DNA from: Glaucostegus cemiculus | Taxonomy: Eukaryota | Assembly: GCA_976551045.1 (NCBI GenBank) | Contig: CDPCPM010000073.1 | Coordinates: 18,786,001 to 18,850,000 of the forward strand | Reading direction: 5' to 3' | DNA: 64,000 nt | Shown: piece by piece, positions 26,578-39,724 of the stretch | How the letters are laid out: every line of letters starts with the position of its first letter | Numbering within the stretch: position 1 is the first letter of the stretch | The notes under the pieces: model-generated | Told to the model about the DNA's origin: nothing | The model's input: the letters and a program-made list of their open reading frames with translations, nothing else | Databases searched by the model: none | Made by a program: the position numbers and the translations under genes

Positions 26578-28401
26578 ACGGATACTATTTCCCAAGCCAT
26601 GCAGGACAATCATCCCTTCATGGCACAGCAAACCCTCAAACTACCATCCCAAGGACCTCATCCAGTCACACGCCAGGTTCTGTTCTCCGAGAGAAAGAAG
26701 TATGTCACCCTCACAAAAGTGCAAAAGAGTCCGAGAGGTATCTCGGGAAAGACTCTAAAGAGAAAATCTACAGGACTGAGGTAAATGTGAATGTGGCCAA
26801 AAAGGAGAAGGATAAGCCCAGGGAAGAATCCAGGCCTAGGAGTGTGGTGGACCTCACACAAGACGTTCGGAATGAAAACGATAGGAGGATACACCTTCTT
26901 GATAAACCCATCAAGATTGGTGACCATCTCTCCACAGTTCTTAACAATCACTCTCCCAACCGAGGGACTGGCAATGGAGAACCAAAGTCTAAAAACCCTC
27001 TACAGACCTTATCTCTGAGTAATTGCAACAGTGATTCCAGTTCTTCATTAAGGCTTGCGGGCAGTGAACAGGACAGATGCTCCAAAGACTCCATGAAGCA
27101 TGATGAGAACATGAGGCCTCTGCTGCATGCTCACACAGAAAAGACCCGGAAGTGTGACTCAGTCGTGACTTCGGTTGGCACTTTGCATGTCTCCTGTGGC
27201 TGTCCATCACCCCATTCTTCTCAAACAGCCCGGATGCCACCTTCCAGCACATTCCCCCCTCTTCCTGTTCATTCCAGTATCTACACGATATACCCCACTG
27301 CCAGGGAGCCAGGAAAGGAACATAAAGTGATTGCACCTACCTTTGTGCCTTCGGTTGGGTTTTATGAGGACAGAAATGGGCCCATTCAGATAGCTTCTCA
27401 GGCCAGAGACAACAAAAGTGACAAAAATAAAGAGAAAGACATCAATAGAACTTCTGGGGACAGAGCAGGCACTTTGCAAGCCTCTTCTGAAAGGACGCTG
27501 GTGGAATCTTCCCGGTTAATGCTTGCACAGGACTTGCCTGTGCACGCAGATATCAAAAGGGCAGAAAACATGAGGGAGGAAGGATCAGTCATTAGGTCCA
27601 ACTCTTTAGCAATAAAGAGGCCCATGACTTCAGAACTGTTTTTGAACAAGCCAGGCCTTAGTCCTTCAGAGAGTCGAGACTTGCACACAAGTAGTGCCGC
27701 ATCAAAAGACTTAGTGAGATCAGGTTTTGAAGTCGATCACAGAACCCAAGAGAGGGATAAATTCCAAAGGTCTGTCTTGAAGGACTCTTGTAAAGTTTAT
27801 AACGGGGTAGATGTTACAAGGCTCCACTTGGAGCAATCCCAGCTGAAGCGCTCTGGCACTCCAGAGCCAAAGTGGAAGCCATTTGAAATGGCGACCTATG
27901 CGACCACTCAAATGGCAGCCTTGGCAGCCCAGCATAACCATGTGAGTCGAGCTGAGGAGGAACAAAAGAAGGCTTTCCTGGACCCAGCCAGCCTTCAAAG
28001 ATCTGCCGTAGTGGGAAATCCCAGTGAGGTTTCAGCTATGCAAAGCTTAATAAAGTACAGTGGCAGCTTTGCTAAGGAGACGGCAGGGCGGGTTGGGAGT
28101 GGCAAGAAGAGCCCATTCGGTGGGCTGGGGAACATGAAGGCTGATTCCAGCCAGCACAGTGTTTCCAAGGTACAGCACCTGCCGCTTCAGCAGCTGAACA
28201 AACAACTCAAGAGAGACCCGGAGAGGCCCGAGAGCGCAAAGTCATTCGGGAGAGAGGGCAGTGGAGCGCAGGGCGAGGTAGAAGTGAGGCATCCACCTGT
28301 GGGGATTGCAGTGGCAGTGGCCCGCCAGAAAGACAACAGTGGCAAACTTGGTGCTGGTGTGATGGACAGGGATCGCTCACTTTCCATGAACAGTGTAAAA
28401 G
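26578..28401 (+). CDS. TNRC18: TNRC18 large exon, 1824 nt, phase 1-1
   Basis: attacag|AC GGA TAC TAT...AAA G|gtaagg. Open throughout (DGYYFPSHAG...RSVVDLTQD...HKVIAPTFVPSV...SAMQSLIKYSGSFAKE...KRDPERPESAKSFGREGSGAQGEVEVRHPPVGIAVAVARQKD). Contains ORF 26787-28475. Confidence 0.96.
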
Positions 28402-31400
28402 GTAAGGAAATGGCCAGTGTTGTTTTGGAGCATGTTTGGCAAGGTGGGACCATGTTTTCTAGTGCTATTCCTTGAAGGCTCTTGACTCTTGTGAGTTGTG
28501 AAGGTTAGGGACCTCCTATGGGTCTGTTCCTGTCGCTAGCCAATGTGGCTATTGTTCACCCCATGTGGGATGGCAGCCCAGATGCTTCCCTCTATTCCAT
28601 GGCCTGATTGGCAGTTGGGAAACCCTGGAGAAGGACACACAGCTTTATCCACATTAGTCCTTCCAAGATCGATGGGTACCATAGGAATGGAAAGGCTTAG
28701 TCAACAAATGTAATAATGTTATTTTAGTTTATTAGCTCCTTTTATTTATTGTGTTCCTATGAAAAAGGACTCGTGTTTCTTTCAGGTTAATAATTATTTT
28801 TAGAAGAAGCATGGGCAATAACATTGTCTTTCGCTTTATAATTTCTCTTGTACAACTTGGTCTCGGTGGGTTTTTTTTTAGCAGGTTGTGAATATGTTTT
28901 TAAATTAAGGAATTTGCACAGATAAGCAAGCAGTGTAATACATGGAACTGAATGGCCTATTCACGGGCACAGTGGGAACTTTTAAAATAATGGGCTTCGT
29001 CTGGTTCGAGATCTACGCATGAAGCAAACATTAAATTGTGGAATCTCAAACACTGAGAGGGGAAGTATCTACACACAGTCAGCAAGGTTAAACTAACATG
29101 GTGTCTATGTGCAGAAAGCTTTTAGTTTTATTGTTACAGAGGGCACTGGCAATCAAAATGGAATATTGAAACAAACAGAATTGTTTGCCCTGAATATTGC
29201 TGAACTGAAATATTGATTTTCCTTTTGTAATGATTTAAACAACCAGATATTTTATATAACTAAGACTGACATTGGACACCCTAAAATATAAAATAAAATT
29301 TTGGATACATTGGTTAAGTTTCATTATAACCAAGAGGTAGAAAAGATATATTCTCTTTACAATTATTGGAAGTTTGTGAAATAAAATCATAATCCATGGT
29401 GTATTAGTAATTATAAAATTCAAAGTGCCCATAGCTGTAGTATTGTAAGAGGATTTGCTTGTTGAGACATACAGAAGTTTGTTTTCAATGTTTACCTTCA
29501 ACTCACTAGCTGGCTGGAATGTAACTTCCCATTTAAACTGATCTATAGCAGTCTCTTATTTACATGCAGGAGGCAAAGAATAAAGCAACACTATGCCATT
29601 CAACCTAGCACTTCTGTGTGCAGCTCACATGACCTAGTCCTGTCTATCATCAACAATATGATGCGTTTTTAATGTAAAAATTGATTGGTGGCACAGTGGG
29701 AGACAATAAAGTAGAACACTTCCCTCTCTTTTGCATGTCGTTGTATAGAAATTCTTTTGGCTAGACATCATGTGGTCTGCAGTGGAAATCTTTGTCTATG
29801 AAGTAGTTTCTCTGGCTGTTGCCAAGGCCCAACAGTCCACAGTCGGCAGTGGCATCACAGGGAGCTGTTTGTAAAGCATTTCAATGACTAGGATACAGGC
29901 AGCTAACATTAAGTGTAATTTACTGAGCAGAACTAAAAGCTGCAAACAAGAATGGAATTCTAACCAGTTTTCCAGTCTGTTGCTAGGCGACACAGGACAA
30001 GCCTTGGGAGAAAAAGTATTAATTTTGTTTTATCTTGCACATGGAAAGCCTGGTAATAACATTAGTCTGCCAGTGATAAGAGAAGACTCTGAACCTACTG
30101 AGCTTTACAGAAAGGTAAAAGCACAGTTTAGATGACTAATCTGATGTATTGTAAGAATGAAATGCTGATATTTAGGGCAGGGTTGCCTAGACACAGCCTA
30201 AGCCTGTACATGAGCATGGCCAGTGTGGGGCCTGTACACACTCTTTTCATTTTTCTTAAAGACAAGTCTGCTATTCATGGATATTAACAGCAGCTCTCTG
30301 TATGAGGCAGAATTATCTCATTCCAGAACCACCTGTAGGAATAAATGGAAGGGGGAAATTAAAAGCAATTATTATAATAAATGTTGCATAAAATCACACT
30401 CTTCTGGCTTTTTTTCCATCCCATTATAAGTACAGTTGAAGTAGAAGGGGCCCTGTTAGTCGCGCAACTTAACTCTTCTATTATCCCTAGCCAAAGTACC
30501 ATAACGTGAAATCATATTTCTCCAAAATGGCCATAACACGCCTTTTGTTTTTGTACTGTGGCTCAGTAAGCATTTCTCATCATCAGAAAAAAATGAGTTA
30601 TGCACAGAATCGTCCTTTATGACTTGGCTCAGTGTTTTTTTTTGTTGCTCAACCCTCCCGAAAAATGAACTTTCAAAGGCAACACTTAGTAGGTTGTGCT
30701 TCAGTGAAAGATGGGTTTCCCATAAGATGTAATGTAATGAGGAATGACTAAAGCAAATGAAATGTAGACCAGACTCACCCACTGCTATACTCACAAGGCA
30801 GGGTTTTATGTGCAATTCATTCAAACACATAAAAATGAGGGCCAGGAAGTGACCACTTGGTCATTTAAATCCGCTCCAAACCCATGATGGTCAGACAACT
30901 ACCCTCTGCAGGAATTCAATCTTCTGGGAGAGGCAAACAAACAGTAAAATCCAGGGTCCAAAAGGGGAAAAAAGATTTCTGGAAAATTCCCCTCCAGCTC
31001 CCTTAAGTAATTGAAAGCAGTCAAGAAGATCAGAAGACTAAATACAGTGATTCAGTGTCCTGGATGGTTCTCCAAACAGAGGGAGTAGAAATTACACACT
31101 GCTTCTGAAATCCAGTTCTGTTGATCTCAACTTTGGAATTTTGAATAGAATGCACATATGTTATTTCATCACATATTTAACACAAACAACCTAAGATGAG
31201 TCTCCAAGTTTTATGTCTTCCTGTCCATCTGCTCTTCTGAATAGATGTAGACAAACAACATTTTTCTAATCACAGTGCTCTCCACTTGCCACTTCAGACT
31301 ACTCAGACACTTCATATATCAGTCTTCTTACAAAAAAAACCAAAACTCATTGGTACCTTGACTTACATTTTAATGCTAGAACATAGGAACTTGATGCAGA

Positions 31401-33989
31401 AGTAGCTCCACAAGCCCACTGCATCATTCAGTGAATCATATATAGAACTGAAATCAGCTTTCCTACCTGTTCACCATAACCTTTGACCCCTGATAGCCTA
31501 AAAGTATATTTCGGCCTGGAGTACATTTAATGCTCAACCACCACAGCTCTGTAGAGTACAAAATACTGAAGGCTCATGATCTTCTGAAAGATATTCTTCC
31601 ACATCCCAAATGTGGATAACGCCTTATTCTGAAACTAAATCTTATGTTTCTAGATTACCCCACAACTGTTGACATCCTCTCCGCATCTATCCTGACAAGC
31701 CACTTAATATTTTTCAGTGAGTTCATCTTTCATTCTTCTAAACTGCACTGAATAAGCTGCCTGCAGAGGGTTTGAACCATAAAGAGAGTCAGAAATACTT
31801 CTCTTCCACACCTGGGCCCAGATTATTATTTCTCATAGAATCTTAAAACTTTTTTTTGCACCTTGCATGAACCCTGACTAACTAAATGCTCAAAGTGTCA
31901 GAGGGCAAATACATGATGTAATAGTAGGTTGTCCATTAAAAGTGTGAATGTCTCAGGTTCAACCTGTGATCTCCAAAGGGTAGTGTTATGAGAATAGACA
32001 TCTGGAATTGATCTAATTTCCTGGCTAGCCCAGTATTGGTTGACCCCTGTCAGTGTGTGAATACAGGTAATCATTGGCTGATGAGAGGATCACCATTTCA
32101 CTGTTACTGTTCCACCACTGCACTCCCACTTGCCCAGATACATAAGATGGGTTCCTTGAGATCTTCTGAGGCAGATTCCTTAAGTTATACTAAATTAATA
32201 AAGTTATACTCTGTTATCACAAGCATATTGTAGCCATGTTTTGATATGTGTGAACTGCACAATCACTGAGTCACACAACAGTCCCAGATCCTAGACAACT
32301 AAGTCCCTGATTTTCCTTGTTAATTGACATGATTAAAATTGAATCAACAGTGCATAAAATCACAGTACTAAGCAACCCAGTGTCTAAGCACATGTTTTTT
32401 TTTCCACCTTATTTTGGCCAACACATGTTGGATATCAGAGCAGACCAGTGTGAAAGCTACAGCCTATAAAGTAGGGTGCTGCTATAAATACATTAACCTT
32501 TTGTGTCGATTTTAATGTGTCATGACTTAAACACCAAGACTGTGATACTAATTCCCACCCATAATAGCTGGAACAGGTCCAGAATAAGTAGTGGTTGGAA
32601 TGGAAATTCTGAATGTACTACCTTCCAGTGCACACTGAATAGTCCTTTCCGAGGATGAATGTTCTTTGCAGGGACTGCCTGTCCAACACCATGACTTGCT
32701 CTATTTCATGCAGGCATCAGCAATACATTTTTATGATTCAAGTTAAATTATAAGTTTACTGTTGTAAACAATGACAATTTTGAAGTGTGGAGAAATCTTT
32801 ATTTTTTTTCTTTGCTATGTTGGATATCAGATTGATTCTCTGTAGGAATTTGAAAGCAGTAAAGGGAGATTCCAGCTGCATATATGAAAGGTTTCCTGTT
32901 GTGTCATTGGTTGTGTTTGGTAAGGGGCTGAAGTGCAAGTGAATTTAGCCACAGATGGGTTGAGGTATTGGTGATAGTGAGACAAAAGGCACAGACCTGA
33001 ACACAAACAGACAGTGTTCAGGAATCATCGAAGTTCCTTGAGATGAAGGAGGGTTACAGGATAAGATAATAGCAGCAGATTGTTCTGAAGCCAGCACTTA
33101 AGATTGTCCGTTACAAAAGAATCAAAAAGGAGGTAAAATCAAGTGGCACAAATGTGGCATTCTCTTTCAATACCACCATTGAAGCAGATGCTTTCTCAAA
33201 AGTCAACCAAGACTTTTTCTTGAAAACCAGGAGTATTAAATGCATTGAGAAATGAGGAAGAGACCAGATGATTCATGTGGCTGTGCCTGTGCTGTGATTC
33301 TTTACTGTGGGCTTTAACATTTAGAACAATGTTTACTTAACCCTGATTCACTGAATATTTACTTAAATAAAATTGATTTGCTAAGAAATCTTTGGTGATT
33401 CTTGGGCAAACCTGCTTTTGAAAGGATCTTGGTAAGGCTCTGAAAGTTGTTAGTGACGCTGTGTCAAATAGTTGATTAATTAGATGTTAATAGGATCTTC
33501 AAGTGAAATCTGCTGAGTTCTTTTGCTTTCTGTTGTCGGGGAACAGAGTACAAGTAAGTATGTTTTTAATGGCACCGCCCTGATGAAAGTTGCACTTAAA
33601 GACCAAGCGTTGTACTCATCCTATGATGACTGAACTACTTGTGCTGTGAGATTACAACATATCCATTTACTACAATTTATTAAACAAATGTCCCATGGAT
33701 TCTTCCTTCATTTTTTCCACCTGCATGTCCTATGAATTGCCATGATTAAAACAAGATTGGATGTTTTGAATTAAAGCTTTTCACTTGGATAAATGAGGTT
33801 GCATTTTCAGTTGGAAATATTTTCAGAGGCAATGATATTTTGTAATGGTGTGATCGTTTCTACATTTCTTAGTTTGAAAACCTCACAAAGTTCCATTTCA
33901 AGTTACTGTATCATCTGCCAGTAGAAGATGTACAATCTCTTTGGCAGCACTTTTTAAAGCTCTTCAAACTTAAATAGCTAAAAATGTGT

Positions 33990-34640
33990 GTATTACGTGA
34001 CCGAGGAACTTTGGGCCATGTATCTGCACCATGACAACGTCTACCTCCTTCCACTTCTGTGCCATCACCTGACTCCAGCCCTGCCTCAAGTTCACCTGAT
34101 GCCTAAACACTCCTCCCTTCCCTTCTTTACACCTGGACTTAAACATTCCAGAATATATTTGGCTACTTGCACTCCCTCTATAAAGCCAGGGTCCTCCACA
34201 ATCCTGCTGCACATGTCCTAGCTCACTCTATGTCCTGTTTCCTTATCATTCCTGACTTTATTGGTTTCAGTTAAGCAGAGCCATGACTGTAAAATTCTCA
34301 CCCGTGTTTCCCATTCTTCCATGGACTCATCCCTCACTGTCTCCTTAATTACTGCCTTTTATCCTTGCTTGCTATTTGTTCTCCTCCAATTCAAAATTCT
34401 CCTTGAATTTTTCTGCTTTCACCTCCCAAGTCCTCACGATCTGGATTTCCCTCCCTAAGCCCCTCCCTGTCTAGCTCCCTTCCCCCTTTAAGAAGCTCTT
34501 TAAACTCAACTTCTTAATCACCTATCCCAATATCTCTTTATGCGAGTCAGAGGTTTGTTTTGATGACAATTCAGTGCAGCACCTTTGGATGTTTAACCGT
34601 GTTAAAGGAGGTACGTAAGTATGTTGCTGTTTTGTTGTTG
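33990..34640 (+). mobile_element. L2-like LINE 3' fragment
   Basis: tatcattcctgactt...ttggtttcagttaagcagagccatgactgtaaaattctc...cagcacctttggatgttt...gttaaaggaggtacgtaagtatgttgctgttttgttgttg. A reverse copy lies at about 57625-57930. Confidence 0.55.
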
Positions 34641-34692
34641 AGATTATGGTGTTGTTTTGAGAGATGACATTTGGTGTCTTTCTTGCTTGAAG

Positions 34693-34783
34693 GACATGGG
34701 CGGACAGATGAAGAACGGAGCGATGATCGGCACCGCCATCGGGAGGAGCGGCTCATTGCCCGAGAGCAGGAGAAGCTATTGAG
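34693..34783 (+). CDS. TNRC18: TNRC18 exon, 91 nt, phase 1-2
   Basis: ttgaag|GA CAT GGG...TTG AG|gtgagt. Translates GHGRTDEERSDDRHRHREERLIAREQEKLLR. CpG-rich and links the phases of both neighbours. Confidence 0.9.
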
Positions 34784-34888
34784 GTGAGTGGTCCAGAGCC
34801 ACTGAAGCATTCTCACTGCTGTGTCTTACTGCCTCAAGGCTTTAACAGAAGATTGGCCATATCAGCTCAGCATGTGTGAATTTGTATT

Positions 34889-35103
34889 AAAAACAGAAAA
34901 TGCTGGGAAAACTCAGCAGGTCAGGCAGCATTTGTGGATAGATAAACAAAATTAACTTTTCAGGTCAATATGACCTTTCATCAGAGTTCTGACAAAGGGT
35001 TATTGACCTGAAACAGTAACTCTGTTTCTTTCTCCACATGTGCTGCCTAATCGGTTGAGTGGTTTCCAGCATTATTTTTATTTCAGATTTTCAACATCTG
35101 CAG
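34889..35103. mobile_element. Palindromic Penelope-like element with hammerhead-like cores
   Basis: Inverted arms centred on about 34986. The minus strand at 34958-34984 reads CTGATGA-A-AGGTCA-TAT-TGACCT-GAAA. Confidence 0.75.
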
Positions 35104-37659
35104 ATTTTTTTTTGATTTTTCGATGTGTGCAACTGAGTCAGGCTTGACAATTGGTAAAATCAAAAATGTGGCCCACCACCTGAATGCCATCTGGTAGGAT
35201 TCCTGTCTTTGATGATGGCAGGAATGTATTAAAGGTCCTTTGCTTGTAGCAGTTCTCATAAGACAAGTACTTGGTCATCAGACTGACCCCGTTGTACCCT
35301 GTAGCTCTGTTGCCATTAAGCTCCCTATGCCCTGATACCACTAGCTCCTGTGGCATCATGCATGTCCCTGACTTCAACAGATTTAATCATTACTGAATTA
35401 ATTGACTTTACTCTAGGAAAGTACATGATAGAAATCAGGAATTCAAGGAAGGTCCCAAATCAGAAGGGTGTTGGAGGAGGTGGTCATCTCCCTGCAATTG
35501 GCGGTGGATGAGACTGGTCACATAGCAGGACTTTGCTGATTAGGAGTTGGGTGATGCTGGGGAGGCGGAGACTCAAGGGGCTGTGATTGGCAGTTAAGTT
35601 TGTCGTTTGCTGCCCAAAAGGATGGGGTTTTTGGTGATTGATGATGGAATTGGATGTTGAGTGATTGTGTGAAGGGGCTGGGTGGGGAGAATGGGTGAGT
35701 GCAATTGGTACAATGGTGGAGTGCAAGCCTGTAAGTAAATAGCTTTATTAGGGCCTGCCTGAGTCCTGTTCACTATTCCAGGCTGGGACCAAGTCAGGGA
35801 GACTCCCTTGAAATTGCCCACCTCCCAAACAAGCATTGCTGTAAAAACCCACTTGAGTTATAAGAGCCCAATGTATGATATATATTGGATCAGCATGACC
35901 TAATTTGCAATAGAATGATGTCCAGTGCAGGAAGAGGCATGTCCATGCTCATGGATTCAACATTCCTGTGCCCAATAGAAGTTCTGAAGTGGTTTGGTTC
36001 AACCCATGGCATTGTATTCTCTGGGAAACAGATTTTCATACACATACTTCTACTCAATCGTCAGCTGTTTGCTTTGCTCTTTCTGGGATCTTACCTTCTG
36101 CAGAATTACTTCTGATATTTACTTACATGACCAGAAAGGTTATACTTCTAAAGGACTTCACTGATTGTGAAATGTTTCAGTATGTCATCAAGCTACAGAA
36201 GCTGCTGTATGTGCAAGGCCAGAGCACTGATAATATTTGGATAGCGAGTAAAGCCATAACATATCTGCTTAGAACAACTTAAAAAGGAGAAAGCAACTTT
36301 TTAGAGGAAAATGCCATCAATTAATGAGGTTGAAGTAATGTCTCGTAGGGATTGTACAGTGACAAGGATAACAGTAACCTCAATGTAAACCATGTATAGA
36401 ACAAACTCTTTTCATAAAAAACAACAAATCAGGCCCATTCACTCCATGCAAAAATGTGGGAAATGAGAAGTGTCCAAATTAATTCCATCACATTATATAT
36501 GTTCAGTCAATCCAAGGCAAACAGTTTTTAAAAGCAGTACCCTTGAGGAATCATTTTTTTACTATTGGTTCCCTGAAGGCCATGTGTTAGTTTTATCTTT
36601 TCTTCTAATCGTACTTCACTGCCCACGAGTCTATTCCCACAAGGACTCCAGGTACAGCAGCAAGACACAACAGTGTCTGGTGCTCCACCAACCCCAGTCA
36701 ACGAGACAGGGTCAAGCTGAACAGAGTGACATGGGTGCAGCTGCGTTGCATAAAGCTGGCATTAATCCAAGATGGAGGAGCTGATAGTGGAGCACAAAGA
36801 GGTCCTTTATTGGTTTATGTGTCTAATGTTGTTAAATAATCCTGATCCACAACAGTTGGTTTTGCCTTTTTGTTAGATGACGACTGATTGGGGCTTACCC
36901 AAAAAATATCATTATATATCAATCATAACCTATTAACTTCCCTTTTAAGGACATTTTGTGCTTTAATAAGAATATTAGCACTGTGTTCCAAAATTTTCAT
37001 CAATATTATCTACAGGTGTTATTAAAGAGAGCAGGCTAATTTTTAAGTGTGGTAGATATATGGTGAATGACAACAAAGAATCTCTCTGACATCTGTTGTT
37101 GCATCTCTGGGTACATGGAGGCATCACTAACTGGATTGGAAAGAATTTACTGAGATTTGTACGGCACCTTTCATAACTGGCTGTCCCAAAGCAACCTACA
37201 CGCAACGTGTACTTGCTGTAATGTAGGAGGTGGGACAGTAAGGTGCCACAAATAGCAACATGACAATAATCTATCTTATTGGTGCTGGTGAGATAAATAT
37301 GTGTCAGGGCTTTGAAATAATACCACAGTGATCTTTTGCCCCAGAGAGAGCTAATGAAGCCTTGGTTGAATGCCCCATCAGTATTCCCACAGCACTGCAT
37401 TGATATGAGCCTAGTCTCTGCTAAACCCAAAACCCACTTACTCAGAGGACCTTAACACAAGGGTGAGGTTCTCCCAAGTGAGCAATGATGGCTTAACCAA
37501 CCAAAAAAATGGTGCAGTGCAGTCTCCAGGTTCTTATTAACCCAGGATGGCTGTATAAAGTTATCAGTTCCAGCCAACTGGTGATACACGAGGGGCAGGT
37601 GGTGCAATTCTTCTGCTATTTACGTTGGACTACCAATGAACGGACTCAAGGCCCCACCC

Positions 37660-38910
37660 TAAAAGCTCCTTCTCCATTTTCAGTGGTCATGGGTCAGTGG
37701 AAATGTTAAGTGTTTTTAAGGCAGCTTTGAGAATATCCTTGAACAGCGTTTGTTGTCCACCAACTAATTTTTTACCATGACTTCTCAGAGCAGAGTGTTG
37801 AGCTCACAACTAACATGGCCTGCCCTTTAGAATTGGGTCTCCATGCTTTGGGTGTAAGTCTGAGAGGGGACACTAATGTTTGTTTGCTTAATCTGTCAGT
37901 GCATTTGAAGGATATCACTGCAATAGCATTGGTGATATGTCCCTTGTGCCTTGAGGTTCCTGCTGTACGTAGTCCATGCCTTAGGTGTGTACAGGAGGGC
38001 AGTGATCTCTGCTGCTTGGTTGATGATGAGCTTTGTGCTGAGTCTGAGGGCTTGATCCTCATAAACTCTTTTCCTCAAATGTTCAGAAGCTGTGCTGGTG
38101 CCCTGAAGGCGATACTGAATTTCATCATCAATGTTTACCTTCATTGAGATATGGGAAACAGTCTGTGTTTTTCAGGGTCTGCTTGTCGACCTTTATTAGC
38201 AGGGGGCAGGTTGTGTAGTGGGGGACAGATTGGTACTTTGCTCTTGTGATTATAAAGCATAAGGCCCATTCTCTTGGAGAGTTCAGTGAATGAGCTGATG
38301 ATCGCTTGAAGCTTGACCTCTGAGCTTGTACATTCACAGGTGTCATCTACATATTGCAGCTCAATAAATGAAGTTAGAGTCCTCTTGACTGGAGTAGAGG
38401 CACTGTTGAACAGTTCTATTTGCCCTGTAGATCATCTTCAATCCAGTGGGAAGCTTGTTGGCACCATGCTGCAACATTACAAGAAAAATGGCTGGGTGAG
38501 GTATCGGCCAGTGATGTAGCCTTGCTTGACAGCAGTGGATCTGTTAGTTAAGATCACAGCTTGCAGTTAATGTAGCAGAGGCAAAAACAGAGACAAATTT
38601 CCATGGAGGCCAAATTTGAGAAGGATGCATCACAGTCCCTCTTGATTGATAGAGTAAGGGGCTATTAAGAGTTCAAGCAAGGCCACATATTTCTCTTGGA
38701 GTTGTTGCGTGGAGAAGAATGTGTCCAATGTGCTCTTCGATAGTCGGAATCCACACTGTGATCTGGAGAGCAGCTCTTCTGCCTCTGGGAGGAGGCAGAT
38801 GAGGAGGACCCTGGTGATCACTTTCTCTGTGGCAGTCAGCAGGGTTTAGTTACTGCAATTGAATTTAACTCCTTCCTTTAAATATGGTCACAATTAAGGT
38901 GTCTCTGAGG
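37660..38910 (-). mobile_element. RTE-clade LINE RT remnant
   Basis: Minus-strand ORFs read ...EELLSRSQCGFRLSKSTLDTFFSTQQLQEK... and NIDDEIQYRLQGTSTASEHLRKRVYEDQALRLSTKL...ITALLY...WTTYSRNLKA, which are RTE RT motifs. Many disruptions. Confidence 0.85.
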
Positions 38911-39367
38911 ACTCCTGACACTCTGACACCACAGTGCCTGTCCCTGTGGTGTTAACATTAGAAAGCATCTCAGCAGACATTTTAATATTGAATTCACTTC
39001 ATAATGTTTCAGTTGTCAATTAGCAACATATTACTGTGTGCACTTTCCATAACAGTTTAATGATACTCTTTAAAATAAAATTGCAAATGAATGTTTATGT
39101 AAAATATCAAGAGTTTTTAAGTTCTGTTGAAATAATAGTAGAGGTGAAGAAGCACCTCCATATTTTGGGAATTTACTCTCTACATTTGAAAGTTCTCCCA
39201 AAATGTAGGAAGCTGCTTTATGCCACCAGTAAAAGCTCACTTTGAGCAAATGTTGGTCAGAGGTTTGTCCTCAGCTAATGTTGGTGCCACTTCACGACTT
39301 GGCTCATATGAAGCAGAAATCTGTTGTAGCAGGAAAATCAAACTCTTCTTCACCCGCTAATTCGCTC

Positions 39368-39724
39368 TGTGTAGATGTGCATCTGTGTTGTAGCTGCAAA
39401 TGAGTGTGTGTAGATACCTGTGTATGTCTGCCTGTTTTTCTATTCATATATGCCTGTATCTATGTGTGGCTGTGTATGTGTACACGTGTACCTGCAGTTG
39501 TGGTTATCAGTGTTTGTGTGTCTGCATTGTTTGCGTGTGTGTGTCTCTCTCTCTGTCAGTATGTGCCTATATCCACAAGTGTCTTCTATAAGCATTTGTA
39601 TCTGCAAGCATGTATGTCTTTAAATGTGTCTGTGACTGTATGCATGTGCATCTGCAAGTGCATGTGTTTGCCTGTATCTGGGTTTTTGTGCATGTATGCA
39701 TGTGCGCGCGCGCGCGCGTGTGTG
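39368..39724. repeat. Degenerate (TG)n low-complexity tract ending in (CG)7
   Basis: Seen directly. It generates the spurious Cys/Val-rich ORFs. Confidence 0.9.

Noticed and set aside
26578-26786. Apparent frameshift or late start, because the ORF track begins at 26787
   Set aside because: Manual translation from the acceptor is open and in frame with GTG 26787. The track simply needed a start codon.
26989-28453. Antisense ORFs overlapping the large exon
   Set aside because: Expected shadows of a GC-richer coding exon, with no recognisable protein features.
28770-28791. Recursive-splice-like tttcag|gttaat
   Set aside because: The regenerated donor is weak and the intron is only about 6 kb.
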